Assembly: GCA_964610335.1 (NCBI GenBank) | Contig: CAZSVP010000003.1 | Coordinates: 77,531 to 141,530, forward strand | Reading direction: 5' to 3' | DNA from: an uncultured Candidatus Saccharibacteria bacterium | Lineage (GTDB): Bacteria; Patescibacteriota; Saccharimonadia; CAILAD01; BJGX01 | DNA length: 64,000 bases | Shown: positions 8,831 to 18,860 of the stretch, piece by piece | Layout of the letters: the number at the start of each line of letters is the position of its first letter | How positions within the stretch are numbered: the stretch's first letter is position 1 | Position numbers and translations under genes: made by a program | The notes under the pieces: model-generated | What the model saw: the letters and a program-made list of their open reading frames with translations, nothing else | Database searches by the model: none | What the model was told of the DNA's origin: nothing

Positions 8831-10657
8831 TTAGCGCTGATTGTTGTGGCGCTTGCGCTCGTGAGGGCTCAGGTAGCGCTTACGAATGCGCAAATTCTCA
8901 GGCGTTACCTCCAGTAGCTCGTCACTTTCAATAAAGTCCAAGGCCTGCTCCAAGCTTAGCTCAGTATAAGGAGTAAGTTTGATGGCGTCATCTGACCCAC
9001 TAGCGCGTACATTGGTCAATTTCTTCTCGCGAACAACATTGATCTCCATGTCATCAGATCGAGTGTTGAGACCAATTACCATACCAGCATACACCTGTGT
9101 GCCAGGGCCGATTAAGGCAGTGCCACGAGCCTCAACTGTTTGGAGACTATAAGGTGTAGCAGTACCGTTTTCGGCGGCTATCAGAGCACCATTGCGCAGT
9201 TGTTGCAAGCTAGGACCGGCTGGAGCGTAGCCAATCGAGAGAGAATTCATAATTACAGTGCCCTTGGTGGCGGTAAGCAGTACATTGCGCAAACCCAGTA
9301 GAGTACGGGTAGGTAGCTCATATACCAGCTCACTGGTACCCTTAGTGGTGGCTCGCTGACTGGTAGCACTGGCGCGGCGCTGGCCAAGCTCACTCTGGAC
9401 CGCACCGACATACTGATCTGGTACTTCAATGGTAAGCTCTTCGATTGGCTCTTCGATCTCGCCATCAACTTCGCGGGTTACTACCTGTGGACGGCCCACC
9501 TCAAGCTCAAAGCCTTCGCGGCGCATAGTCTCTATCAAGACTGATAGATGGAGCTCACCACGTCCAGATACGACAAACTGTGTATCGCGCTCATCTACCA
9601 GCAAACCAATATTTGTTTCCAGCTCCTTATGCAAGCGCTCGGCTATCTGTCGGCTTGTAGTGTATTTACCTTCCTTGCCAGCAAACGGTGAGGTATTGGG
9701 GCCAATTGCTATCTGAAGTGTAGGTGGAGCAATAGCCATACTAGGAAGTGCTTCGGGGTTACTTGGGTCGGCGATAGTAGTACCTATCACAGCATTGTCT
9801 ATACCAGTTGCAGCTATGATATCACCAGCATGTGCCTCGGCTACTTCCACACGATTAAGACCCTGATTGACGAACACCTTATCTACCTTGGCAGCAGCTG
9901 GTTTGCCGTCGGCAGTTACCACAACTATTGATTGACCTGCCTTCAGCTTGCCGCGACGAATACGACCGATACAGTACTTACCCTGATAACTATCCCAATC
10001 TAGAGCTGTCACCAACATTTGCAGCGGTGCCTCTATATCAGTGGCTGGTGCTGGTATGTGATTGAGTATTGCTTCAAAGATTGGTGTCAGATCAGCTGTG
10101 ATGGTCATATCGGCAGGGATCTCACTCCAAGCTACGCCATCGCGACCAATTGCGTAGTAGATTGGGAATTCTAGTTGGTCATCTTGAGTTGCTAGGTCTA
10201 AGAATAAGTTACCGATTTCCTCCTCGACCTCTGATATACGAGCATCACGCTTGTCGATCTTATTGATCACTACTACTGGTTTGAGGCCCAGCTCGAGGGC
10301 TTTTTGGAGTACAAACTTAGTTTGGGGCATCGGGCCCTCTTGGGCATCGACAATCAGTAGCACGCCATCAGCCATGTTGAGTGTGCGCTCCACTTCACCA
10401 CTGAAGTCAGCGTGGCCAGGTGTGTCGATGATGTTGATTTTGGTGTCACCGTATTGCACAGCCGTTTGTTTGGCAGATATGGTGATGCCTCGTTCTCGTT
10501 CTAGATCACCGGTGTCCAAAATAGTGGTTTGGCTCATCTCGGCTTGATGCTCCGAAAATGCATTGGATTGCTTAAGTAGCCCATCTACCAAGGTAGTTTT
10601 ACCGTGGTCGACATGGGCGATAATAGCAATATTGCGGATGTTTTGGGTGTTCGGCAT
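8831..10657 (-). CDS. typA: Translational GTPase TypA/BipA
   Basis: '[15 protein letters not shown]', 'DTPGHADF' and 'NKIDK' G-motifs; length 608 aa. Confidence 0.9.
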   Translation of the reverse strand: MPNTQNIRNIAIIAHVDHGKTTLVDGLLKQSNAFSEHQAEMSQTTILDTGDLERERGITISAKQTAVQYGDTKINIIDTPGHADFSGEVERTLNMADGVLLIVDAQEGPMPQTKFVLQKALELGLKPVVVINKIDKRDARISEVEEEIGNLFLDLATQDDQLEFPIYYAIGRDGVAWSEIPADMTITADLTPIFEAILNHIPAPATDIEAPLQMLVTALDWDSYQGKYCIGRIRRGKLKAGQSIVVVTADGKPAAAKVDKVFVNQGLNRVEVAEAHAGDIIAATGIDNAVIGTTIADPSNPEALPSMAIAPPTLQIAIGPNTSPFAGKEGKYTTSRQIAERLHKELETNIGLLVDERDTQFVVSGRGELHLSVLIETMRREGFELEVGRPQVVTREVDGEIEEPIEELTIEVPDQYVGAVQSELGQRRASATSQRATTKGTSELVYELPTRTLLGLRNVLLTATKGTVIMNSLSIGYAPAGPSLQQLRNGALIAAENGTATPYSLQTVEARGTALIGPGTQVYAGMVIGLNTRSDDMEINVVREKKLTNVRASGSDDAIKLTPYTELSLEQALDFIESDELLEVTPENLRIRKRYLSPHERKRHNNQR

Positions 10658-10779
10658 AGTAGTAAAAAATAAAGCCCCGAGATGTGAGACTTAGTTAGTT
10701 AGCCAACTATAGCATAAAAACAGCTATAAGTCTACATAATGACTTGTGACTGATATTTAGCAACAAGCCGGAACCCCAC

Positions 10780-11136
10780 TCAAGTGGGATCCCGAGCGGG
10801 GTTGGGTAGGGAGTCGGTGTTGGACTCGTTTGGCTTTGTCAGGTCAATAACTCGACCGATAGTATCGCTTAGCTTTCTCAGATCGATGATCTGGGGAAGC
10901 CGCCAGACGGGCTTGAGATCGCGAGTAGCCACGTCGTAGATGACCAGTCCGTGCTTGTGCAAGATCTCAAGTGCCTCAGCTCCTCGTTCTACCGCTAGGG
11001 CGATGTCGGTGGGGTTGGTGAACAGGCTGCCTTTCTCGGTAGCCAGCGACCACAACTCTTGGTAGAGTTCCAGTACGCTGTCGCGCAATTCCTCTGCAAT
11101 GTTCTGCGGATCAATGGGGAATGGATGTTCTGTCAT
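10780..11136 (-). CDS. Hypothetical protein (GC-elevated)
   Basis: Start refined to the ATG giving 'MTEHPFPID...' with a GGGAGAG RBS. Confidence 0.45.
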   Translation of the reverse strand: MTEHPFPIDPQNIAEELRDSVLELYQELWSLATEKGSLFTNPTDIALAVERGAEALEILHKHGLVIYDVATRDLKPVWRLPQIIDLRKLSDTIGRVIDLTKPNESNTDSLPNPARDPT

Positions 11137-11283
11137 GGCTCTGCTCTCCCTATGTCTAGAACCATGCCGCTTGCACTTAGTATTGTGCGCTTGTGTTCTC
11201 AGCATTACAAGTGAATTTATGTATAACTTCGAAACCCCCTCGGGGAGGGAGCTCCGAAGGGGCTTTGGTGATGGGCGTAGGCC

Positions 11284-11883
11284 CTAGTGAATTGCTGCTT
11301 GGAGGCGTGTTAGACCATAGGCAAGGCTCAAGCGCTTTGGGCTGAATGGCACCCAGAGTCGAACATCTACGGCCTCGGCTGATCCAAAGGCCGGTACGGC
11401 TACGATTGCGAAGACCATTGGAGCATGATTGAGAGCCATAATTGGTGCCAATTCATGCCAGGTTTGTTTGGCATAGATCTGGTTGTAGCTGGCATGAAGC
11501 ACCGGTGGCTTGAGAGCACTAATTCGAGCCAAGGATGCTTCTGCTTCCTCAAACGGTTGCTTGCTGCAGTCCATCACTCTCAATTGCGCTGTGTCTGGGT
11601 TGCTGGGATCGACGTACAACCCAATTGCTCGTACTACATCGAGTGCCTGCTCGCCACTATCTTGTAGTACTGCGCCATCGAGCGTGACATCGTGCTCGGC
11701 ATCCACAAATCCAACTCCGTGATGCACCGCATAGAACAGAATCGCTGCTTCGGTCTGAGCCTCGTCGATGAAATAGTGCTGCTCGGGTTGGCAGCGAAGC
11801 ACCTTTATCTCGTTGGTCACCGGCTTTGTTGGTCGAGCTGCTGGCAGGGTTGGAGCCGTCTGCTTTCTTCTGGATCGCGCCAC
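11284..11883 (-). CDS. Hypothetical protein (GC-elevated)
   Basis: 199-aa ORF with no recognisable motif. Confidence 0.45.
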   Translation of the reverse strand: MARSRRKQTAPTLPAARPTKPVTNEIKVLRCQPEQHYFIDEAQTEAAILFYAVHHGVGFVDAEHDVTLDGAVLQDSGEQALDVVRAIGLYVDPSNPDTAQLRVMDCSKQPFEEAEASLARISALKPPVLHASYNQIYAKQTWHELAPIMALNHAPMVFAIVAVPAFGSAEAVDVRLWVPFSPKRLSLAYGLTRLQAAIH

Positions 11884-12021
11884 GATTACCTCCCAATGTA
11901 TTGGATCGTGAGTCTGTCAAGGACTGTGAGCTGTTATAGCATAGTCGGATCTGATGACGCAATGGGTTGGCAAATAATGGTAGAATATTGGTACAAGATT
12001 TAGTAGCCAATGGAGGGCAGT

Positions 12022-12534
12022 ATGTCCAAGAAGAAATCCAAGAAAAAACGCGCTGCCCAAAAGAAGCAGCACAACAAGAAACAAATACAACAGCAAGCAG
12101 GGTTAATCGAGCCAGGGGAGGTTGTAGAATCGGAAAAGCAACAGATTGCTGAAGAGGACATCGATCAATCTAGCGAAACTCCCGAAGCTCTAGTTGCTGA
12201 TATTACTGAAGAATCTGAGGAGCCTATCCCCCGCCATCCCATTTCTCAGCGCAAGATTGCAGTCGCATTACTCGTAGTTATTGGTTTGCTGCTATTAGTA
12301 ATTGGCTATTTTGTAGTTAGCTACAATACCACTAACCATCAGGAACAACTCAAAAGCCAAGATTCACTATTACAGGTCAAGCCAAGTGATGAAAACAGTT
12401 TGCAACCAGCTACTGGTACTGATGGTACAAACCCACAGACTACCAATGATCCAGGTCAGAACAGTAGTAGTGCCCAGGAGCTTCAACCACAAAGTTCTCC
12501 TACACAACAAGAGCTCAACCAACAAGATCAATAG
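12022..12534 (+). CDS. Membrane-anchored low-complexity protein (poly-Lys N-terminus, one TM, Q/S/T-rich tail)
   Basis: ATG at 12022 preceded by 'tggaggg'. Confidence 0.5.
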   Translation: MSKKKSKKKRAAQKKQHNKKQIQQQAGLIEPGEVVESEKQQIAEEDIDQSSETPEALVADITEESEEPIPRHPISQRKIAVALLVVIGLLLLVIGYFVVSYNTTNHQEQLKSQDSLLQVKPSDENSLQPATGTDGTNPQTTNDPGQNSSSAQELQPQSSPTQQELNQQDQ

Positions 12535-12586
12535 TGGCGCTTAAGCTGTAAAAATTGCTGCTTTTCTGGTACTATAAGCTGCATTT

Positions 12587-14257
12587 ATGAAACAAGCTAT
12601 CAAAGACAAGTTGGGTGCAGGAGTAATCGCCTCAGTCAGAAAGTGGGGTGGTTTAGGTGTATTGAGCCTAGCCTTGGCAATAATCATCATAGATACTACC
12701 CTGCTCAATGTGAGTCTTGGCCCGATCATCAAGGATCTCAACACTGATCTTACGGGCGTGCAATGGGTGATTACACTTTATGCTCTGGTCTTAGCCTCAT
12801 TTACAATTGCCGGCGGACGCCTTGGTGATTTGTTTGGTCGACGCAAGATGTTTGTGCTTGGCGCACTTATATTTGCGGCCGGGAGTTTTCTGGCATCAAT
12901 CTCGCACTCACTCGGTTATATGATCGCTGGTGAAGCAATTATCGAAGGGTTTGGCGCTGCATTGATGCTACCTGCAACTTCAAGTTTGCTGCTTACTACT
13001 TTTAAGGGTCGTGAACGTGCCATAGCATTTGGAGTTTGGGGTGGTGTGGCTGGTGCGGCTAGTGCTGTTGGGCCAATATTGGGAGGCTGGCTTACCACTA
13101 CCTACAGTTGGCGTTGGGGATTTCGAATCAACGTATTTGTAGCTGCTTTGGTATTGGTGGGGGCAATTTTTTTCCTCAAGGAATCCCGTGACACAAAAGA
13201 GAAGAAGCAGCTTGATGGCATAGGTATAGCACTAAGCTCTGCCGGATTGTTAGCAGTAGTATTTGGCATTATTGAGTCAGCGACTTATGGCTGGTGGAAA
13301 GCCAAGGAGATATTTAGCATTGGTGGTCAACAGATAGCCATGCCATTTGGCCTGTCGGTAACACCAGTTGCTATAGTGATTGGATTATATCTGCTGGCGA
13401 TGTTTGTTGTTTACGAAAGAATTCGCGAAAGTCGTGGCAAGACGCCACTGGTTTCAATCGGTATATTTCGCAATTGGCAGTTTAGCTCTGGTTTGCTGAC
13501 ACTGGCAGTCATGTCGCTAAGTCTAACAGGGCTGATCTTTGCCTTGCCAGTGTACTTTCAGGCAGTGCGTGGACAAGATGCTTTCCATACTGGCATGAGT
13601 TTGTTACCGCTATCAATCAGTCTTTTCATCGCCAGCCCAGTAGCCATAGTGCTAACAAAGTTCATGACTCCCAAGCGGATTATCCAACTCGGATTGGCGC
13701 TTACGGTTGTAGGGGTAATACTTATCAACTCTGGTATTTCAGTCGAGGGTACTACCGCTGCCATGTTGTGGGGACTAATTGTTTTTGGCGTGGCGATGGG
13801 GTTTGTCCAAAGCCAAATCAACAACCTCACGCTCTCGGCTGTTTCTGTTAGCCAAGCAGGTGAAGCCAGCGGTATTAGTGGTACATCGCGTCAGCTGGGT
13901 AGTAGTTTTGGATCCGCCATAATCGGTGCTGTGGTGCTGGCAACTCTCACTGCCAGCTTGGCTACGGGCGTAGCAAACAGCAGTGTGATTCCCGATGCTT
14001 TTAAGGCCAAGGCTCAGGAGGCAATAACAGCACAAAGCTCAGCAGTAGAATTTGGTGCTACTCCACAGTTGGGGCCTATGATCCCAAAAGCAATTACCGA
14101 TGAAGTCAAGAACATTGCCAATCAAGCTGCTGTCGATGGTGTGAAGCGAGGTCTCGACTTTGCACTGGTGTTTGCAGTGGCCAGCTTTTTTGTGGCCCTC
14201 GGTTTGCCAAACAAACGCAATCTAGAAACTGCTGAGTCGCCAGTCGCCAAACATTAG
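12587..14257 (+). CDS. MFS transporter, DHA2 (14-TMS drug:H+ antiporter) family
   Basis: 'GGRLGDLFGRRK' motif A, many TM segments, 556 aa. Confidence 0.8.
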   Translation: MKQAIKDKLGAGVIASVRKWGGLGVLSLALAIIIIDTTLLNVSLGPIIKDLNTDLTGVQWVITLYALVLASFTIAGGRLGDLFGRRKMFVLGALIFAAGSFLASISHSLGYMIAGEAIIEGFGAALMLPATSSLLLTTFKGRERAIAFGVWGGVAGAASAVGPILGGWLTTTYSWRWGFRINVFVAALVLVGAIFFLKESRDTKEKKQLDGIGIALSSAGLLAVVFGIIESATYGWWKAKEIFSIGGQQIAMPFGLSVTPVAIVIGLYLLAMFVVYERIRESRGKTPLVSIGIFRNWQFSSGLLTLAVMSLSLTGLIFALPVYFQAVRGQDAFHTGMSLLPLSISLFIASPVAIVLTKFMTPKRIIQLGLALTVVGVILINSGISVEGTTAAMLWGLIVFGVAMGFVQSQINNLTLSAVSVSQAGEASGISGTSRQLGSSFGSAIIGAVVLATLTASLATGVANSSVIPDAFKAKAQEAITAQSSAVEFGATPQLGPMIPKAITDEVKNIANQAAVDGVKRGLDFALVFAVASFFVALGLPNKRNLETAESPVAKH

Positions 14258-14272
14258 CTTATACTAGTCATT

Positions 14273-16060
14273 ATGAAACAAATGTGGAAAATAATTCGAT
14301 ATTCCAGTAAGCTTTGGCCCTTCTACTTGTCGGCCACGGTTTTGGTGGTGATATTGGCTTTACTGAACTTAGTGACCCCATTCCTGACCAAAGGCTTGGT
14401 CGATGGGCTAACCACTCGATTTGGTGGCGGCAATGTCGACAATAGTTACTTCATAATACTTCTACTACTGATGCTAGGAGCCAATGTAGTAATTACACTG
14501 TTGGGTAATATCAACGGGTATATAGGTGACATTATGTCAGTTAAGCTAAACAACTTGCTTAGTGAGCGCTACTTTGCGCATCTGTTGAAACTGCCAATCA
14601 GCTACTATGACAACGAGATAACGGGTAAGATCACGGCGCGTCTTGATCGATCAATCGGTACTATCAGCACGCTTATGCAGACGCTTAGCAATAACTTCGT
14701 GCAGTTCTTTCTTACTACTTTTATCACTCTTGGTGTAATAGCGTTTTATTCTTGGCCAGTTGCTCTACTACTACTTATTATTTTCCCAGCATATATTTGG
14801 ATAACACACCTTAGCAGCAAGGCCTGGCAAGCCAAGCAGGAGGGGATCAACCAAGATCGTGATGTTGCCAATGGCCGGTTTGTAGAGAGCATTGGCCAGG
14901 TGCGGGTGGTTAAGTCCTACGTCACTGAGCTGCGTGAGCTGGGGTTCTTTAGCCGTCGTCGCCAGGCAATTGTTGGTCAGACCAAAGCTCAGTCCAGTCA
15001 GTGGCATCGCTATGATGTTATGCGCCAGCTTATTTTGAACCTGGTGTTTTTTGGTATATACGCAGTCATAATATTCCAAAGCCTCAACGGTGCCTACGGG
15101 CTGGGCACCGTGGTACTCTTGATCACTCTGGTCAACCAGGCTCAATGGCCATTGTTTGGTAGCAGCTTTATAGTCGATGCCTTGCAGCGAGCCACCGCTG
15201 ATAGCAAAGATTACTTTGCAGTTATGGATACCGAGCCAAATATCTCTGACCAAGCCAGCGCCAAGAAACTCAAGGTAAGCAAAGGGTTGGTAGAATATCA
15301 CAAGGTCGACTTTAGTTACGATGATAGTCATAAGGTCCTACGCGATGTAAGTTTTGCCATCAAACCCGGCTCCAAGCTAGCATTGGTAGGTGAATCTGGT
15401 GAAGGCAAGAGCACGCTGGCCAACCTGATGCTACGATTCTATGAAGTGACGGGTGGTAGTATCAAGATAGACGGTCAGGATATCAATCACATCACTCAAA
15501 CCAGCTTGCGCGAGTCTATTGGTGTGGTGTTCCAAGAAGCCCAACTTTTCTCAGGCACGGTGCGTGACAACATAGCCTATGCACGGCCCAAGGTCAGTGA
15601 GAAGGAGTTGGTTGCTGCCGCTAGAGCTGCCAATGCCTACGATTTTATACGCAAACTGCCCAAGGGCTTTGATACTCAGATTGGTGAGCGTGGGGTGAAA
15701 CTTAGCGGTGGCCAGAAGCAACGCATCGCCATAGCTCGTGCAATTCTCAAAGATGCGCCAATATTGATTCTAGATGAAGCCACCAGTAGCCTAGATAGCA
15801 AGGCTGAGCACGAGGTTCAAGAGGCCCTGGAGCGGCTTATGCAGAACCGTACTACCATGATCATCGCTCACCGCTTGAGCACTATCGCTGCAGTTGATAC
15901 TGTAGTCGGTATTCGTGGTGGTAAGGTGGCTGAGATAGGCTCTCCCGAGCAGCTAGCCAAACGCAAAGATGGTATTTACTCAGAGCTACTTCGTCTCCAG
16001 ACTATGCCAGTTACCGAGAAGCGCAAAGCCGAACTCAAGAAGTTCGATATGGCAATGTAG
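14273..16060 (+). CDS. ABC transporter fused permease/ATPase (MsbA/exporter type)
   Basis: Walker A 'GESGEGKST', signature 'LSGGQKQR', Walker B 'ILILDEAT'; 6-TM N-domain. Confidence 0.85.
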   Translation: MKQMWKIIRYSSKLWPFYLSATVLVVILALLNLVTPFLTKGLVDGLTTRFGGGNVDNSYFIILLLLMLGANVVITLLGNINGYIGDIMSVKLNNLLSERYFAHLLKLPISYYDNEITGKITARLDRSIGTISTLMQTLSNNFVQFFLTTFITLGVIAFYSWPVALLLLIIFPAYIWITHLSSKAWQAKQEGINQDRDVANGRFVESIGQVRVVKSYVTELRELGFFSRRRQAIVGQTKAQSSQWHRYDVMRQLILNLVFFGIYAVIIFQSLNGAYGLGTVVLLITLVNQAQWPLFGSSFIVDALQRATADSKDYFAVMDTEPNISDQASAKKLKVSKGLVEYHKVDFSYDDSHKVLRDVSFAIKPGSKLALVGESGEGKSTLANLMLRFYEVTGGSIKIDGQDINHITQTSLRESIGVVFQEAQLFSGTVRDNIAYARPKVSEKELVAAARAANAYDFIRKLPKGFDTQIGERGVKLSGGQKQRIAIARAILKDAPILILDEATSSLDSKAEHEVQEALERLMQNRTTMIIAHRLSTIAAVDTVVGIRGGKVAEIGSPEQLAKRKDGIYSELLRLQTMPVTEKRKAELKKFDMAM

Positions 16061-16640
16061 CTTGTGCTTGCCAGTGCACACTGTTTGTACTAGTATATCT
16101 TCCAGCAATCACGGGCCTTCGGGCCTGTGCTCGTCCTAGGAAGTGATTTGTGGTCTGCAAACCACGATAATCCTTTCTGGGGCCGCGATACGCAACTCGC
16201 GGCGTGAGTCGGGCTAGTCACCTGATTCGACTTCGACCTACGCGACGGTCGGTGTGAGTCCAGCCTTCACAAAGCTCCAAAAGGGCAAGCTGGCGTAAGG
16301 ACATGATGCTGTCCGGTGGGCTACGTTAAACCCCACGGGGGTTGCTCCCTACTGCTTTTCCCGCTTTTGCAGTAAAAAGAACACAAAGTGGTAGCTATTT
16401 GGCATTTTCTTGCTATGAAACGAAAAGCCGTAGTGGGTGGAATAGGTCTGTGACAAGACCGAAAAACCCCGGGAGTACGTGAACTCCAAGTTCGTAATTC
16501 GATTGCAGTGTGACTGCGAGTGAGAACGCATCGGTTCGTATTAGTGGGCGGTCAAGCTCCGGCCCCGTCTCGGTACGAATACTCATTCAAAAGACACTAA
16601 GCAGTTGAAATACGCGCGAGCCTTCACTTGGTTTCGATCA
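16061..16640. ncRNA. GC-rich structured non-coding locus with tmRNA-like signatures (candidate ssrA; architecture unresolved)
   Basis: + strand 16157-16207 encodes 'ANHDNPFWGRDTQLAA' followed by TGA (a tag-like frame that begins with a GCA resume-type codon and ends in LAA); 16211-16232 'GGGCUAG-UCACCUG-AUUCGAC' matches the tmRNA 5' acceptor/D-analog spacing; several UUCG/GNRA hairpins; no convincing protein ORF; no canonical T-arm/CCA end found. Confidence 0.35.
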
Positions 16641-16761
16641 GGTGTCGAAAGCCGGTTCGGGTCCTTCGGGATCCGGCCGGCGCTTTCGTTATAATCATAT
16701 TTTTGCTACAATCCAAGCCACCATTGGGCTTGATGCGGGCGGAACCACAACCGAGGTACCA

Positions 16762-17091
16762 ATGGAGCTTTACAATTTTCCCAAGCGTGGTGAACTGCGT
16801 ACCAAACTCAAGCAAGTTTGGCCAGCTCGTGAGTACGATGGCTTGATCGAACGAGTCGCCAGGCTGGCTGAAAAGCCAGTCACGCCAGATGGCCTGTTGG
16901 CTGCTCTCAGCTTGGCCATCGAAGACTTCGTGGCTGACACTGATCGCAGCGCTGATTTTCGTGCCGCGGCCTATGCCAATCTGCCAGCGGTGATTCGTGT
17001 GTTGCTGACCGATTCCCAGATGCGCAATCTGGCTCTCAACGAGTATGTCAGCATGCATCAGCGGCTGTTGCAGATCGAAACAAGCCAATAA
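16762..17091 (+). CDS. Hypothetical small protein (uncertain; could be part of the structured non-coding locus)
   Basis: ATG ORF 'MELYNFPKRGELRTKLKQVWPAREYDG...'; a competing antisense ORF is present. Confidence 0.3.
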   Translation: MELYNFPKRGELRTKLKQVWPAREYDGLIERVARLAEKPVTPDGLLAALSLAIEDFVADTDRSADFRAAAYANLPAVIRVLLTDSQMRNLALNEYVSMHQRLLQIETSQ

Positions 17092-17170
17092 CTTACCGGC
17101 CAACCAGGCTGTTCCCTGGTTGAAAGTACCTTGGCAGCTAGTGTCGGTCTAGTTGCCACAAAACGGGCAA

Positions 17171-17198
17171 CGTGGGGTGCCCCAAAAGGCACCCCACG
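17171..17198 (+). terminator. Perfect 11-bp GC hairpin with a CCAAAA loop (terminator-like, no U-tract)
   Basis: 'cgtggggtgcc-ccaaaa-ggcaccccacg'. Confidence 0.4.
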
Positions 17199-17214
17199 GG
17201 CCTGTGCCGAACCT

Positions 17215-17243
17215 TTGACTCTTATCTTATAATCTGGTATCAT
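17215..17243 (+). promoter_or_regulatory. Promoter for rpsB: TTGACT-N17-TATCAT with an upstream TG
   Basis: TTGACT at 17215-17220, TATCAT at 17238-17243, about 95 nt upstream of the rpsB ATG. Confidence 0.5.
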
Positions 17244-17340
17244 AGAGCTCACTTACATTATTTAACAAACCCATTTGCCGTTGAATCCTGTTCCGGTTAT
17301 TTTGCCGGAATCGAGGCAAGTGTGAAGAAAGAAGGAATCA

Positions 17341-18237
17341 ATGCCAACAAGTAAAAAAGCTGAAGGCGAAAGCCCAAAGCAAGAAGAAAAAACTACTGCA
17401 AAAACTGCAGCTAAGAAACCAACTGTAAAAAAAACTGTCGCTAAGAAACCTGCCGCTGAGACAGCTACTGAGGCTAAGACCGTCAAGCCGGCGGCTAAAG
17501 TCAAGATAGATCCTATCTTGCACAAACTACTCGAGGCCGGTGCTCACTTTGGCCACCAATCGAGTCGCTGGAATCCTAAGATGGCCAAGTATATCTATAC
17601 TACGCGTGGTGGGGTACATATCATTGATCTAACACAAACTGCCCAGCAACTGGCTGTCGCTAAGAAATTTGTCGAAGATATCACCAAGAATGGTGGCAAG
17701 ATTTTGTTTGTGTCCACCAAACGTCAAGCCAAGGCAGCTGTGCAAGAAGCTGCTAAGTCAGCCAACATGCCATACGTAACCTATCGCTGGCTAGGTGGTA
17801 TGCTTACCAACCTTGAGACTATCCAAAAACGAGTTTTGCGACTCAAGAAGCTTCGTACCCAACAAGAAGAGACAAGCTTCGCTGGTATGAGTAAGAAGGA
17901 TCGTGCAGGCCTTGAGCGTGAGCTGGAACTGCTAGAACGAACATTTTCCGGTATTGCTGACATGGAAGTAGTGCCAGCGGCGGTGTTTGTGGTCGATATG
18001 CCACGAGAGCATACTGCCATACTCGAAGCTCGCAAACTTGACATCCCAGTCTTGGCTATTTGTGATACCAACGCTGACCCTGATGATGTTGATTACCCTA
18101 TTCCGGCCAATGATGATGCTATTTCTGCAATAAGCCTAATTACCAGCGAAATAGGCGCGGCTGCAGCTAGTGGCGCTGCTATTCACGCTACCAAAGTAGC
18201 CAAGGAGACACCAGTTAATCAAGGAGAGGACAAATAG
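17341..18237 (+). CDS. rpsB: 30S ribosomal protein S2 with a ~60-aa Lys/Ala/Thr-rich N-terminal extension
   Basis: 'LLEAGAHFGHQSSRWNPKM' S2 signature begins near residue 62. Confidence 0.9.
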   Translation: MPTSKKAEGESPKQEEKTTAKTAAKKPTVKKTVAKKPAAETATEAKTVKPAAKVKIDPILHKLLEAGAHFGHQSSRWNPKMAKYIYTTRGGVHIIDLTQTAQQLAVAKKFVEDITKNGGKILFVSTKRQAKAAVQEAAKSANMPYVTYRWLGGMLTNLETIQKRVLRLKKLRTQQEETSFAGMSKKDRAGLERELELLERTFSGIADMEVVPAAVFVVDMPREHTAILEARKLDIPVLAICDTNADPDDVDYPIPANDDAISAISLITSEIGAAAASGAAIHATKVAKETPVNQGEDK

Positions 18238-18831
18238 ATGACATTATCTGTTGAAGACATCAAGAAACTACGTGACAGCACTGGTGCTGGCATGATGGAT
18301 GCCAAGGGTGCGCTCGAAGAGGCTGGTGGCGATATGGCCAAGGCCCAAGAAATCCTTCGAGTCAAAGGTATTGCCAAGGCGGAGAAGAAATCAGATCGAG
18401 AAGCAAGTGCTGGCGTGGTAGAAGCCTACGTTCATGGCGGTAAGATTGGCGTATTAGTTGAAATCAATTCAGAGACTGACTTTGTGGCTCGTACCGATGA
18501 CTTTAAGGGCTTTGCTCACGATGTGGCTATGCACATCGCAGCTGCCAACCCGCTCTACCTTGATCGTGAATCAGTCCCGGCTGAAGTAGTCGACAAAGAG
18601 AAACAACTGATTACAGATGAGCTGACCGAGTCTGGTAAGCCTGCCGAACACCTCGACAAGATTGTCGAGGGTAAGCTTAGCAAGTTTTACGGCGAGGTAT
18701 GTCTTTTGGATCAAACATTTGTCAAGGATCCAGACCTGACAATTGAACAGCTACGTACCAACTTGGTAGCCAAGATTGGTGAAAACATTGTAATTCGCCG
18801 TTTTAATCGTATGGAGTTGGCTGGCGAGTAA
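18238..18831 (+). CDS. tsf: Elongation factor Ts
   Basis: 'LRDSTGAGMMDAKGALEEAGGDMAKA' UBA-like EF-Ts N-terminus; rpsB-tsf synteny. Confidence 0.9.
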   Translation: MTLSVEDIKKLRDSTGAGMMDAKGALEEAGGDMAKAQEILRVKGIAKAEKKSDREASAGVVEAYVHGGKIGVLVEINSETDFVARTDDFKGFAHDVAMHIAAANPLYLDRESVPAEVVDKEKQLITDELTESGKPAEHLDKIVEGKLSKFYGEVCLLDQTFVKDPDLTIEQLRTNLVAKIGENIVIRRFNRMELAGE

Positions 18832-18860
18832 GCGCTGAGACGGGTATACTTGATTTAACA

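Noticed and set aside
12541-12744. ORF 12541-12744 (-) upstream of and overlapping the MFS transporter start
   Set aside because: It overlaps the well-supported MFS transporter N-terminus; no RBS.
14771-15331. 186-aa antisense ORF inside the ABC transporter gene
   Set aside because: It lies entirely within a well-supported CDS carrying Walker A, signature and Walker B motifs on the other strand; no RBS.
16349-17103. ORFs 16349-16531 (-), 16624-17103 (-) and 16628-16846 (+) near the structured locus
   Set aside because: They are mutually overlapping and lack RBS. Only the + strand ATG ORF at 16762-17091 was retained, and that one at low confidence.
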